From Candidatus Microgenomates bacterium (GTDB lineage Bacteria; Patescibacteriota; JACPGU01): a stretch of DNA of 64,000 nt. The notes below the pieces were generated by a model. The model searched no databases. It saw only the letters and a program-made list of their open reading frames with translations, and was not told the DNA's origin. Of this stretch, positions 17,720 through 28,144 are shown piece by piece; the first letter of the stretch is position 1, and the number at the start of each line of letters is the position of its first letter. The position numbers and the translations under genes are program-made. The stretch lies in the NCBI GenBank assembly GCA_016188915.1, contig JACPGU010000003.1, forward strand, positions 73,045-137,044, given 5' to 3'.

Positions 17720-18337
17720 ATGAAACCTAACAAAGGGGACTATATTGACGGTGATGAGAATTGGATTCATACAGAAGTATTAGGGCATAAAAAAAAGAGA
17801 TCTGGGCTATTCTCTAATCTGATAGTAGCTATTGTTTTTGTGGCAGTAATAGTTTTGGTGGTTTTGGCTTTCCAGAATCTTTTTTCCAAAAACGATCTGT
17901 CTAATTTGGAAAATCTGGACAAAATAAACAAAGAAAAAACAGAGGATAAGGCGCCGGCCGAAGAGAAAAAAGAAGAACCGCAAGAATTAAGATACAAAGT
18001 AAAAGCAGGCGACACATTGGCCTCTATCGGTGCGGAATTTGCCGTAGAATGGCAAAAAATTGCTGAAAAAAATAGCCTTGCCGAACCCTACGCTCTAGAG
18101 GTGGATCAAGAGCTGATTATCCCGGGTGTTATGGCGCCAAAAGAAGAGGTAAAAACAGAACCAGCACCAGAGGAGGTAACTTCTCCCGATAATGGCAAAA
18201 CTTATACTGTCCAGCCAGGCGATACTTTAGCTGGAGTGGGTTTGACGCTTAATCTAGAATGGCAAAAAATCGCTGAGTTAAACAGTATCTCCGCTCCTTA
18301 TGCTTTAGAAGTAGGACAGGTGCTGAAATTGCCATAG
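17720..18337 (+). CDS. Membrane-anchored protein with two LysM domains
   Basis: TM helix, then YKVKAGDTLASIGAEFAVEWQKIAEKNSL...LIIP and YTVQPGDTLAGVGLTLNLEWQKIAELNSI...LKLP. Confidence 0.7.
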   Translation: MKPNKGDYIDGDENWIHTEVLGHKKKRSGLFSNLIVAIVFVAVIVLVVLAFQNLFSKNDLSNLENLDKINKEKTEDKAPAEEKKEEPQELRYKVKAGDTLASIGAEFAVEWQKIAEKNSLAEPYALEVDQELIIPGVMAPKEEVKTEPAPEEVTSPDNGKTYTVQPGDTLAGVGLTLNLEWQKIAELNSISAPYALEVGQVLKLP

Positions 18338-18391
18338 AGCTATTATCTTTTTGCTAACTATCCACTTTTAACTATCGATTCTTGTCTAGAC

Positions 18392-18928
18392 CTAAAATGT
18401 TTGTTCCGAACCTTCTTCCAGGGTCTCTCTGTCGGGCAGGTCTATAGTGCCATCGAGAGAAGTATCGGGATCCTGTTTCCCCCAATGGGGGATAGGCGAG
18501 GCATATTCGTTCTGAATAGCCAGAGCTTTGTTGAGACTGGTCAGCTGAGCTTCCAGTGATCCAATCATAATCAAAGCTTGCTCATACTGGATAAAAAGAT
18601 TATGGTAAAGCGAGCGGTAATCTATCACCGTTTCTTCATTGCGCTTGGCGATAGGAGGGGGACTCTCAGCCATGATTTCTTTAATCGGACGGGGCATTGA
18701 AGAGGCAGCGGGTAGCGTGGGTCGTACAGGAATGGCCTTATTTTTTTGATAAGGCTTCCTACCTCTTTCTGGTTTTTTCATTTGGTTAAGATTTTTTTCC
18801 TCAATTCTATATTCTTCACCCTTGGCGCCATTTACTAGGCGCGCTCTTAGGCGACCAGCTTTGATATAGCGGCGGATGCTTTTTTCCGATGTTTTGAGAA
18901 AATTGGCTGCTTGCTGGACGGTGAGCAT
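18392..18928 (-). CDS. HTH (excisionase/MerR-like HTH_17) DNA-binding protein with Pro-rich linker and C-terminal helical region
   Basis: MLTVQQAANFLKTSEKSIRRYIKAGRL is typical of helix-turn-helix_17 domains. Confidence 0.5.
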   Translation of the reverse strand: MLTVQQAANFLKTSEKSIRRYIKAGRLRARLVNGAKGEEYRIEEKNLNQMKKPERGRKPYQKNKAIPVRPTLPAASSMPRPIKEIMAESPPPIAKRNEETVIDYRSLYHNLFIQYEQALIMIGSLEAQLTSLNKALAIQNEYASPIPHWGKQDPDTSLDGTIDLPDRETLEEGSEQTF

Positions 18929-19170
18929 ACTAGAGAATTATGAGTTATGAATTATGAGTTGGGGAATGTGGATAATGAATTGTTAATTACAAATTATCAT
19001 AACCACCTTTTTTGTCTAGACTGGTTTTTTCAACAATAAATTAACGATGGACACATTGGACAGATTAAGGCTGGACAGATATAATAACCTTAGACAATTA
19101 ATTTCTAATTAACCTAACCCAGATATTTTTTAGGTCAATTAGAAATTAGATCAATTAGAAATTTTTACAA

Positions 19171-20484
19171 ATGGTCACCACGAAATCTTCCAAAAACTTG
19201 TCTATCCCTAATTTGTCTGCTGTCAAAAAACCCACGGTTGCCGTGGCGCTTTCTGGTGGGGTGGATTCTTCCGTGGCCGCTTATTTATTGAAAAAAGAGG
19301 GCTTTGATGTGATTGGAATATTTCTCAAATTTTGGGCTCCCGATCCGGACAAATTTCAGAGCAAAAGAGGCAATATGTGTTGTGACGCCTCCACTGTTTT
19401 GGCGGTGCATAAAATCGCCGCGCAACTGGATATCCCTTTGAAAATAATAGACAGCAGTGAAGTTTTCAAAAATGTAGTAGTAGATTATTACATCGAAGAA
19501 TACGAAAATGCCCGTACCCCCAATCCTTGCGTCAAATGCAATCGCTATATCAAATTTGATTTTTTATGGAAAGAAGCCAAAAAATTAGGATGCCAGTATC
19601 TGGCGACAGGACATTATGCGCGCATGGGACAAAAAATCAAGAAAACAAAAAATCAAGAAAACAAAATTAATAGCCATTCTATTTTTCGCGCGAAAGACGC
19701 AAAAAAAGACCAGACTTATTTTCTTTGGGGGATTAAAAAAGAGATTTTGCCACACCTGATCTTCCCCCTCGGAGATTTGGAAAAGTCCGAAACTAGAAAA
19801 ATCGCTCAAAAAGCAAAACTGATAACGCATAATAAAGCGGATAGCCAGGGAGTCTGTTTCGTGGACGAAGGAGAAAACGCGAAATTTATTTCTATCTTTG
19901 GTAAAAAACTCATCCGCCCAGGCGATGTATATGACCAGGCTGGACACTTTTTGGGCAGACACAGGGGACTAATTCATTATACTATTGGTCAAAAAAAAGG
20001 AGTGGAAAATGAATGGACAGTGAAGTATCTCAAATCTCAAAAAAAAGCCAGAATATCTTTGTCGCAATTATCAAGCTTGCCGCGATTGTATGTTTTGCGA
20101 CTGGACGTGGAAAAAAATAGATTGATTATTGGCCTCGACAATGAAGTTTTTGCCAAATCTTTGATCGCCAAAGATATCAATATCTTAAGTGACAAATTTT
20201 TGAAAATGATGGGTAAAAAAGTTTATGCCCAAATTCGCAGTGGACAAAAGCCACAATTGGCCTTATTGGCAAATCTCAAAACTCAAAACTCAAATCATCC
20301 ACGCTTTCAGCGGGATCCCGCCTACTATCAAACTATATTAAAGCGGCGGGACAAACAGATCTCAAAACTCAAAACTATAAAATTGAAATTTACAAAGCCA
20401 GTGCGAGCAGTGACGCCAGGGCAGAGCGTGGTTTTGTACACTAGAAAAGGAGAAATGCTGGGAGGAGGAGTGATAATAAAATAA
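19171..20484 (+). CDS. mnmA: tRNA-specific 2-thiouridylase MnmA, with internal insertion and C-terminal extension
   Basis: PP-loop VALSGGVDSSVAA. Catalytic region NPCVKCN. ATGHYAR. 437 aa versus ~360 typical. Confidence 0.8.
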   Translation: MVTTKSSKNLSIPNLSAVKKPTVAVALSGGVDSSVAAYLLKKEGFDVIGIFLKFWAPDPDKFQSKRGNMCCDASTVLAVHKIAAQLDIPLKIIDSSEVFKNVVVDYYIEEYENARTPNPCVKCNRYIKFDFLWKEAKKLGCQYLATGHYARMGQKIKKTKNQENKINSHSIFRAKDAKKDQTYFLWGIKKEILPHLIFPLGDLEKSETRKIAQKAKLITHNKADSQGVCFVDEGENAKFISIFGKKLIRPGDVYDQAGHFLGRHRGLIHYTIGQKKGVENEWTVKYLKSQKKARISLSQLSSLPRLYVLRLDVEKNRLIIGLDNEVFAKSLIAKDINILSDKFLKMMGKKVYAQIRSGQKPQLALLANLKTQNSNHPRFQRDPAYYQTILKRRDKQISKLKTIKLKFTKPVRAVTPGQSVVLYTRKGEMLGGGVIIK

Positions 20485-20558
20485 AAAATTAAGAAAGTAA
20501 AAAACTAAGAAATTAATAAATAACAAATTAGGACTTACGCACCTAGCCTTTTTCGCAA

Positions 20559-20597
20559 AGATGTCCGACATCAAAGGATGCTCGATGTCGGACATCT
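20559..20597. other. Perfect 14-bp-stem hairpin downstream of mnmA
   Basis: agatgtccgacatc-aaaggatgctc-gatgtcggacatct. No classical T-tract. Confidence 0.4.
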
Positions 20598-21389
20598 GGC
20601 TAAAAACTATCAAGCTATATTATAAAAACAAACTATATAAAGGGGACGGGACAAATAAGTTCTGTTGAAAAAACTTTTTTTCCGATTTTTCCTCCGCATT
20701 TTTTTTGCAATTTTTATGGCTCTATATGGCTCTATATATGAAGTTGTTTGACAATATTTTTTTGCACGATAGAATAATGAGAGCGATAATGAAAAATGGG
20801 TTTTACCAGGTTTAAAAAGTTTTTTTGACAGCTAGATTTTTCTTGCACAAAACCGTTGACTAGTTGTAGACAAAGTATATAATTGATGTTAAGTACGCGG
20901 TTGCAAAGAGGAAATTTGTTGCTATTTTGTTGCATTAGCTGTCTGGCTATTTATTAATTTTTTTGCTAACAAAGCCACATTAATTCGTGGTAGCACTTTA
21001 AAAAAATGTGTGGATAGATTCTTGATAAATTAGTTTTCAGGTTGTGGAAAACTAGTCAAATTGTTGTTGCATGCGCGACAGCTTTTAGCAGTTAGAAGCA
21101 AAATGAAAAATTAGACAATAAACAAATTGCGAATGCACGCCAAAGAATTTCTTTTTTCGGCAATCCAAAAGGTCGAGCCCTCTTGGAAGTTTTCAAGAGT
21201 AATGAAAAAGAAAATTCGCGGCTCTGATAATCCAATGATGAAAGAAAAATGAAAAATAAAAATATCAATAAGCCCACTTACAGCGCGTGTGAAAATATTC
21301 AAATTATTTTTTCCCGCGTCAATAATAAAAATAATAGTGGGCACTTGTTCCTTTCAAAAACGAGAGGAGCAAAGGAGGTTATAAAAATT

Positions 21390-24300
21390 ATGGCAATAGC
21401 TGAAAAATTGCGAAAGAGTATCTACGCTGTGATGGCTGTCGGGATGCTTTTGGGAGCATTTTTTGCTTACAGTGCTCCAAAAGTTCTTGCCGCTCCAGCG
21501 TATGATTACCAATTGATCACTCAATCGCCTTATCCTTCCACTCTAGCCGCTGGTGCGACTACGAATGTATGGATTGAGGTAAAAAATACGGGCACCGCTA
21601 CTTGGTCTAATACTGGCGCAAATCCAGTCAGACTAGGCGCCGGTTCCGCGTATGGTTCTTCTGCCCAGCAGAGGGACTACAGTTCGGAATTTGCGGCTAG
21701 CAATTGGGCATCAGCCAATCGTCCAGTTGCTATTCTGCATCCGGAAATCCGTTCAGGCTGGCACACAAGATTCCAGTTTGATATCAAAGCTCCAACATCT
21801 GCTGGCACCTACAAGGCGTACTTTACGCCTGTTGTTGACGGTGTCACCTGGATGAAAGACATTGGTATCTACTGGCAATTGACTGTGTCTGGCGATAATA
21901 ATAACAACAATAATAACAATAATGGTGGGAACACCACTGTTTCTGATATTACTGTTGGTGTAGCTTCCGACACACCAGCGGCCTCTACTGTGTTAAAGGC
22001 TTCTACTGGTGTGCCTGTATTGAAATTCAATGTTCAGGCTCCTACTACTGTTACAGAAATAGTAGTGAAGAGAACAGGTGTTGGAGCGGCTGGAGATTTT
22101 GACAATGTATACCTATATGATGGCGCTACTCGTCTAACGAATGGTCGTAGCGTTTCTTCGGATACGCACATGGCAACATTTACTAATCTTGGTCTGGATG
22201 CAGCCACCCAGAGAGGCTTGACCCTAAAAGCAGATATTAATGCTTCAGCTGGAACTAGCAACCAAAGTGCCTTTGAAGTTTATTCAGTTAACGGCACAGT
22301 TTTTACTGGCAAGGTTGGTAATACTTTCACTGTCGGATCATCCTCTATTTCGGCGGCTACTATAGCTGAGAATGGTACAGCCTGGAATGTCACGCTTGGT
22401 CAGTCCAATGTGGAATTGGGGAAATTCTCTTTGAATGCTTCTTCCGCAACTAACGATTTGAAGCTGAACGCTTTGACAATTCGCAACGCCGGTACCTTGT
22501 CCAATAGCTACATCAAGAGCCTGGTTTTGAAAGAAGGTAGCAATGAGTTGGCTACAACAGCGTCTCTTGCTGTCGACAAGGCTGTCTTTGTCTTGAGTAC
22601 GCCCTACACACTAACGAAGGGTCAGACCAAATACTTTACTGTATATGGTAATCTTTCTGGCGGGCGCACCAACGACACGGTTATATTCTATTTGGACGAA
22701 AAGAGCGATTTGAACTTGACTGACTCTGTCTTTGGTTTCGGTATCAACCTGACCAATAGTTGGGCTTCTGGCGATCAGACAGCAACCGCTACAGGTGGCA
22801 CTATCACTGTGGCCAACAATGGTCCAGTAGTTAAGACCTATGCTACTAACACCACTCAAAATCCTTTTATTGATGTAAATGTTTCTTCTGAAAGAAATAT
22901 TACAGTCAAGAAGGCGTTAGTAAAAATGTATCAATACAGCACAGGTACTACCTATGAAACCTTAGCGGCTGCTAACTTTGGTTATTTGAAGAATATTCGC
23001 ATTGTTGATACTGATACAGGTAATACTTTAGTCGGTCCTCTGGCTCAAGCTTCATCTGGCACTTGCGTAGAGCCTGTGGATGACTCTACCGGTAACGATG
23101 ATGGTGTTTGCGATGCTGCTGAACCAGTGTACTACCAGAAAGAGTTCACCGATCAGTTTGATATCTCTGCCGGTACGACCAAGCACCTGTCTGTTCGCGC
23201 CGACATTGATACTAGCTACACTACTTCAAACCGTGGCATCAAGCTGATACTTGACTTGTCTGGCACGAACTACTTGTATGATAATGATTCTGGACAATAT
23301 GTGGCAGCTGCTAATATTGTCCCTAGTAGCACTTCTGGTAATCGTATGACTGTAGGATCAGATTCTTTGACGGTAGCGTTAGCTGGTACTCCAGTATCGT
23401 CTACGACAGTCAAGAATACTCAAGGCGTGGCTTCGGTTGGTTACCTATTCAAATCTGGCGACACTAATTCTTCTAAGGTCACCAAATTGGTTATTACTGG
23501 TCAAGGAGATTTGACGACTGGTAGCTATACGGCAGCTGAGCTAGATGATGTTATTACTTCTGTTGACCTATATGTAGATGGAGTAAAAGTAGCTGGTCCA
23601 GTGAATGTTAATACGTCTGGCGTTGCTACTTTCAACAATTTGAGCATATCTCTATCTACCAGTCAGAGTAAAAAGATAGAAGTTTATGCTAATGTTTCTT
23701 CCAACGCTACTTCCGATGGTGGCGATGACCTCTATTGGTTGGGTATTGATGCCGCTACGGATATCACAGTAGAAAACGGCGCTGGCAGTAGTTTTAGCGC
23801 CACTGCCTCCGATGGCACATGGAGTGCTAATGAAACTAACGCTACTCCAACTGTAATAATTACGGTTCAATCAGCGGGTACTATTGTCTCTTCGCTCGAT
23901 CCTAGCTATGCTACGAATGCTAATGTGGTAGCTGGTACTTCTGGTGTGGATACATTGCGCATCAAGTACACTTCTGCTCGCGAAGCATTCACTATCAACA
24001 AGATTCGCCTCATGGTGGACCCAGACAATGGCGGGGTTGCATCTGCTGATTCTGCTTCCGACAACAACATTGGTTCAGTCGTCTTGAGCTATAAGAAATC
24101 TGGTGGTAGCGAAGTGGCTTTGTCGAATGGTACTGGTTATATCTCTGGTGGCGTAGTCACTTACACCAACTTGGGCATCCCAGTGGACAAAGACAGTAGC
24201 ACTACTGTTATCGCTAAGGTTAATTACAAGACTACAGCTGAAGGAGCTTCCTCTGGTGAAATCGTAGAATTGATCTACGATGCTAACTCTGGCTTCGAAG

Positions 24301-24941
24301 CTGTTGGTTCTGGCTCTGGTACGACTGACACCGATTCAGATACTGATGTGACCACTGGTGGTAGATTTATCGTCAGAAAGACTGTCCCTACGGTCAACAA
24401 GAACTCCTCTAGCCCAACCTCTGGTATTCCGGGTATTGGTGAAGTTCTGAGATTTGACATTGCAGCTGACGCAGCAGAAGACTTGACGGTAGAATATGTC
24501 ACCTTCAAGCTGACCAGCACTGACAATGCGGGAACTTCTTGGAATGTCAATGATGATGCTACCGGCACTATCGACACGACTGCCGCATGGAGTCTGTACA
24601 AGACAACTGACCTCACTACGGCGTTGACTGGTACATGGTCCTTGCACGCTACTGATGGTTCGACTCTAGGTGGCACTGAGACAGTAGGCTATGCTCGCTT
24701 CTTGTGGACTACGGCTGACACGGTAGGAAAGGGCACGACCACGACCTATGTCTTAAAGGTTGACACTACTGGGGCATCGTCTGTGGCCGCAACTAGAGAT
24801 TCCGTCAGGTTTGATGTCATTGGCACGGAAGATACTACTCTAACTGGAGCACATCTCCAGTGGGAGGATAATTCCGCTACCAACATTGACGCAACCAATG
24901 TCAAGAATCTCCCGGTCTACGGCAACACGATTCAGTTCTAG
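21390..24941 (+). CDS. Large secreted surface protein (1184 aa): signal peptide, conserved N-terminal domain (paralog of 16366 product), poly-Asn linker, long Ser/Thr/Gly/Ala/Asn-rich array of Ig-like repeats
   Basis: RBS aaggagg, ATG 21390. MAIAEKLRKSIYAVMAVGMLLGAFFAYSAPKVLAAPA signal. N-domain ~75% identical to the 16366 product. DNNNNNNNNNGGNT linker. Cys-poor repetitive beta-rich remainder. Confidence 0.7.
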   Translation: MAIAEKLRKSIYAVMAVGMLLGAFFAYSAPKVLAAPAYDYQLITQSPYPSTLAAGATTNVWIEVKNTGTATWSNTGANPVRLGAGSAYGSSAQQRDYSSEFAASNWASANRPVAILHPEIRSGWHTRFQFDIKAPTSAGTYKAYFTPVVDGVTWMKDIGIYWQLTVSGDNNNNNNNNNGGNTTVSDITVGVASDTPAASTVLKASTGVPVLKFNVQAPTTVTEIVVKRTGVGAAGDFDNVYLYDGATRLTNGRSVSSDTHMATFTNLGLDAATQRGLTLKADINASAGTSNQSAFEVYSVNGTVFTGKVGNTFTVGSSSISAATIAENGTAWNVTLGQSNVELGKFSLNASSATNDLKLNALTIRNAGTLSNSYIKSLVLKEGSNELATTASLAVDKAVFVLSTPYTLTKGQTKYFTVYGNLSGGRTNDTVIFYLDEKSDLNLTDSVFGFGINLTNSWASGDQTATATGGTITVANNGPVVKTYATNTTQNPFIDVNVSSERNITVKKALVKMYQYSTGTTYETLAAANFGYLKNIRIVDTDTGNTLVGPLAQASSGTCVEPVDDSTGNDDGVCDAAEPVYYQKEFTDQFDISAGTTKHLSVRADIDTSYTTSNRGIKLILDLSGTNYLYDNDSGQYVAAANIVPSSTSGNRMTVGSDSLTVALAGTPVSSTTVKNTQGVASVGYLFKSGDTNSSKVTKLVITGQGDLTTGSYTAAELDDVITSVDLYVDGVKVAGPVNVNTSGVATFNNLSISLSTSQSKKIEVYANVSSNATSDGGDDLYWLGIDAATDITVENGAGSSFSATASDGTWSANETNATPTVIITVQSAGTIVSSLDPSYATNANVVAGTSGVDTLRIKYTSAREAFTINKIRLMVDPDNGGVASADSASDNNIGSVVLSYKKSGGSEVALSNGTGYISGGVVTYTNLGIPVDKDSSTTVIAKVNYKTTAEGASSGEIVELIYDANSGFEAVGSGSGTTDTDSDTDVTTGGRFIVRKTVPTVNKNSSSPTSGIPGIGEVLRFDIAADAAEDLTVEYVTFKLTSTDNAGTSWNVNDDATGTIDTTAAWSLYKTTDLTTALTGTWSLHATDGSTLGGTETVGYARFLWTTADTVGKGTTTTYVLKVDTTGASSVAATRDSVRFDVIGTEDTTLTGAHLQWEDNSATNIDATNVKNLPVYGNTIQF

Positions 24942-24972
24942 AAGATATAGTTTTTAGGTAGCATAAACCTAA

Positions 24973-25015
24973 CACAAGCCCCGCCTCTTAAAATAGGCGG
25001 GGCTTTGTGTTGAAA
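24973..25015 (+). terminator. Terminator hairpin after large surface protein gene
   Basis: cacaagccccgcct-cttaaaat-aggcggggctttgtg then ttg. Confidence 0.6.
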
Positions 25016-25056
25016 AAACATTGAAAAAGATAAACAATATATTATAAAATTAGACT

Positions 25057-25716
25057 ATGAATATTATTGAAAAACGTAAAATAATTATATTGTTGGCTAT
25101 TGTTTTAATAGCAGTAATTTTGATGGGGGCTGTCTATGCTTTAATTTTTTTTGGTTATTTTGAGAAACGTTCAATAAGAGAACTAGAAGGGAATGCGCAA
25201 GCTCAAATTTTTATTGAAAGCCTTAAAAGAATAGAAAAAAAACCTTATAGACAATGGAACGCTGGAGATTATCTTGATTTAGGTAATATTTACAATAATT
25301 TACAGTTATATGAAAAAGCTTCTTTTTTTTACAAAAAAGCGGCTTTTAATTATGGTCGTAGCAATATTGCCTTAATCAACCTCGCTAATACGGAGGTTCT
25401 TTTAGGGAATTTTAAAAAAGCTGAAATATATTACCTGACTAGTCTTGACGCTGATTCTAGGCAACCAGAATTGTATATTAAACTGGCAGAACTTTACCAA
25501 AGATCTTGGCGTGGAAAAATTTTTGATTCAGTAAGCATCTTGCAAAAGGGGCTAGCAAGCAATAAAGAACATCCTAATATTCTGATATCTTTGGCTCAAT
25601 ATTATCAAGAAACAGGCAATAGATTAGAAGCGATAAAATATTTCAAACGGTCGCTTATGTCTTACCCCGATAATCAAGCTGTTAAAGATGAGATAGCAAG
25701 ATTGGAAGCTTTTTAA
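25057..25716 (+). CDS. Membrane-anchored TPR-repeat protein
   Basis: N-terminal TM (IIILLAIVLIAVILMGAVYALIFF) followed by TPR-like repeats (YLDLGNIYNNLQLYEKASFFYKKAAF...). Confidence 0.6.
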   Translation: MNIIEKRKIIILLAIVLIAVILMGAVYALIFFGYFEKRSIRELEGNAQAQIFIESLKRIEKKPYRQWNAGDYLDLGNIYNNLQLYEKASFFYKKAAFNYGRSNIALINLANTEVLLGNFKKAEIYYLTSLDADSRQPELYIKLAELYQRSWRGKIFDSVSILQKGLASNKEHPNILISLAQYYQETGNRLEAIKYFKRSLMSYPDNQAVKDEIARLEAF

Positions 25717-25728
25717 TATTGGTCTCAT

Positions 25729-25762
25729 AATAAAGCCCCTCTTTTCAAAGGGGCTTTATAAT
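25729..25762. terminator. Hairpin between convergent genes (aaagcccct...aggggcttt)
   Basis: 9-bp GC-containing stem with tttata tail. Confidence 0.45.
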
Positions 25763-25777
25763 CGTTGAGGTCTCTTT

Positions 25778-27892
25778 TTATGGCTTAAATACTTGGAGAC
25801 CGATAGAGCTATCCAGGATAAAGAGTCTGGGATTGTCCGAGATTGGCTCAAAATCTACACTCATCGGATTGGTAAGATTGCCATCTGGGACAGAGGCGAT
25901 CTCCCAATCTAGAATTATTGATGCTCCGTCGTCAAAAAGCCCAACTACACGATCTCGTTCGTTGTCAGCGTAGACAACTTGTGTGCCGTTGGATAATTTT
26001 CGGACGGTTATGCTGGTGCAGTCAGCACTAATATTATAGCTTCTTTGCCAATTGCCTGCACGATTGAACTTTTTGATTGCGCGGTTGCCTCGATCTAGAA
26101 CCCAGACACTATCTTCAGTAACGCCTACTCCGATTGGTTCTTTGAGCTGAGCGTCATTGGTGCCAAAGGTGCCGATAATCTCGCCGGTGGTTTTACCGTC
26201 AGATTCGTAGAAAACAATTATGCGACCGTTTTTTGAATCAGCGGCAAAGATTTTGCCGCTTTCTCCAGTGCAATCTATGCCTGCCGGATCGTTTAACCCG
26301 ACTGATATGCCCATCGTCATTTTCCAGGTCATGGTTCTGTAGTCTACCTTGACTTTAATTATTCGATCCTTGTTTTGATCGGTAATATAAAGATGGTTGT
26401 TACAGAAGCCAAGATTATTGGGGTTAGTGATAGTCTCTGGCAAATCGACGATAGCAGAAGAATCCAGACTGACCCAATCATTAAGATTGGAACCGCCGGT
26501 AGTTCGTAAATGCATCCCATTGCCATCTAAAATCGCTAGTTGCTCATCGAACTCATAGACTAGATTAGTGCCGGAGACGGAGACTTTGTTGACGAAGGTC
26601 GGACGAATGTTACTACCGCCCATATTCTCTCCTCCCCCTCCGCTTGTCACCACCGTAATCGTGGTCGTGCAGGTATTGCTTCCGCCGGTGCCGGTGACAG
26701 TGCCGGTCGCCGTGTAGGTGCCGGTCGCCGTGTAGGTCTTACTCGTGCTTCCGCTCGAACTTGAGCTGGAGTACGAATTCGACCCGTCGCCGAAATTGAT
26801 GGAAATCCCCGTGAACCCCGAGCCGCTCACCGACCAGCTGATGCTGGTGGATGAATTGACATTGGGGTTGCTGGGACTGGCGGACAAACTGCAGGTTGGC
26901 GCGGACGGATTGGTGGTCGTTCCATAATAGATGGAGGTGGAGACCTTGGTCTGCGAGTTGTTCGGATCTTCCGAACTCCAGCCCGCGTCATCCACGCACC
27001 AAAGCTTGACAGTGTTATCGCCAGAGGCAAGGGTTATTTCTCGCTCCCAGGGGATCCATGTGTCCTGCCCGATCTTGTCAGGGTCGTCGTAATCCACCAT
27101 TTTCGCCGTATCTGAACCCACCTGCACCCACAGGTTGCAATCAGGGCGTTTGCTCCCCCCAATTATCGGGGTGGAATCGGTGGTTGGCGACTCCACCGTA
27201 TCAATGATAGGCGGAGCCGGCCTGGTGGTGTCCAACATCGTGTCAAAAACCGTCCCACCACTGGGTCTGTTGGACGAATCGCGACAGACAAAAATGTGAT
27301 GGTTCGGTCCTTCCACTAGGGTCAAAGAATAGGTGGACTGGGTGGACCCGTCGCGATTGACGATAATCTCCTGGCCGTCCATCTCCAGCGTCGGGCAATT
27401 GCTCCCCGTTTTGAAGGTGACGGTCATGGGCGAAGTAGTGACTGTGGCCGGAATGGTGCCGACAAATCCAGGCGCCGAAGGACCTCCTTCAGGGCGATCG
27501 TTGACGATGACGGTGGCCGTATAAGGGCCGGCGGCGTTTGTGCCGTCCGTCAAAGTCACCGAGATGCCGAAGGTGCCGGTCTGCGAGTAGAGGTGGTAAT
27601 TGCTGCAAGTCACCCCTTCGTTTTTCGCGCCACCGCCCCAGCTGAAATTGCAGAACAAAGAAGCACCTTGTCTGCCCCCTGACGGTGTGCCGGAGCAACG
27701 GACGGAGTCGTTCTGGTAAATCGTGGTCGGTTCACAGCCCCAATTGAGGAGTTTCAAGGGCTTCTCTTCCGTGGGGGGCGGAGCCGAAGTGCCTCCTCCT
27801 CCGCCACAGCCGGTCAGAAACAGGGAAAAAACAATCGTCAAAATGCCCGCGACCCGGGCAGGGTTCCAACCACAAAGGTTGAATTTTCGCAT
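25778..27892 (-). CDS. Lipoprotein with PKD-like domain(s), Gly/Ser/Thr-rich linker and C-terminal NHL-repeat beta-propeller
   Basis: Lipobox LFLTGC. TYTATGTYTATGTVTGTGG linker encoded by an 18-bp tandem repeat at ~26702-26737. NHL-like repeats (GKIFAADSKNGRIIVF; VWVLDRGNRAIKKF). Confidence 0.6.
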   Translation of the reverse strand: MRKFNLCGWNPARVAGILTIVFSLFLTGCGGGGGTSAPPPTEEKPLKLLNWGCEPTTIYQNDSVRCSGTPSGGRQGASLFCNFSWGGGAKNEGVTCSNYHLYSQTGTFGISVTLTDGTNAAGPYTATVIVNDRPEGGPSAPGFVGTIPATVTTSPMTVTFKTGSNCPTLEMDGQEIIVNRDGSTQSTYSLTLVEGPNHHIFVCRDSSNRPSGGTVFDTMLDTTRPAPPIIDTVESPTTDSTPIIGGSKRPDCNLWVQVGSDTAKMVDYDDPDKIGQDTWIPWEREITLASGDNTVKLWCVDDAGWSSEDPNNSQTKVSTSIYYGTTTNPSAPTCSLSASPSNPNVNSSTSISWSVSGSGFTGISINFGDGSNSYSSSSSSGSTSKTYTATGTYTATGTVTGTGGSNTCTTTITVVTSGGGGENMGGSNIRPTFVNKVSVSGTNLVYEFDEQLAILDGNGMHLRTTGGSNLNDWVSLDSSAIVDLPETITNPNNLGFCNNHLYITDQNKDRIIKVKVDYRTMTWKMTMGISVGLNDPAGIDCTGESGKIFAADSKNGRIIVFYESDGKTTGEIIGTFGTNDAQLKEPIGVGVTEDSVWVLDRGNRAIKKFNRAGNWQRSYNISADCTSITVRKLSNGTQVVYADNERDRVVGLFDDGASIILDWEIASVPDGNLTNPMSVDFEPISDNPRLFILDSSIGLQVFKP

Positions 27893-28144
27893 TACAAGCC
27901 TCCCGCCGGCAAGCCGGCATTTTTTTGGTTTTTCTCGCTTATAAAAGGGCGAGCGAGAGGGGCAGAAGCCTTCTCTCCTTTTCGTGGCTTAATTTAGCAT
28001 TTTTTTATAATTTAGTCAATGATTTTTGTCTGCTACTGACACATCCGACCAAACAATGGAACATCGCCAAGAAAAATATTGTCTTTCGCTACTTTTTCTT
28101 TGGCGCCAGGAGTGCTATAATCAGGTTAAGACTAAAAAATACAA

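Noticed and set aside
18929-19170. tatgag / aattagaaat short direct repeats upstream of mnmA
   Set aside because: Only 2-3 imperfect copies in an AT-rich promoter region. Insufficient to call a regulatory array.
21895-21930. aat/aac triplet run resembling a short tandem array
   Set aside because: It encodes the poly-Asn linker of the surface protein and is not a CRISPR or intergenic repeat. No CRISPR-like repeat-spacer architecture was found anywhere in the window.
26684-26737. 18-bp tandem duplication inside the lipoprotein gene
   Set aside because: An in-frame Thr/Tyr/Ala/Gly linker repeat (TYTATG x2). Low-complexity coding sequence, not a separate element.
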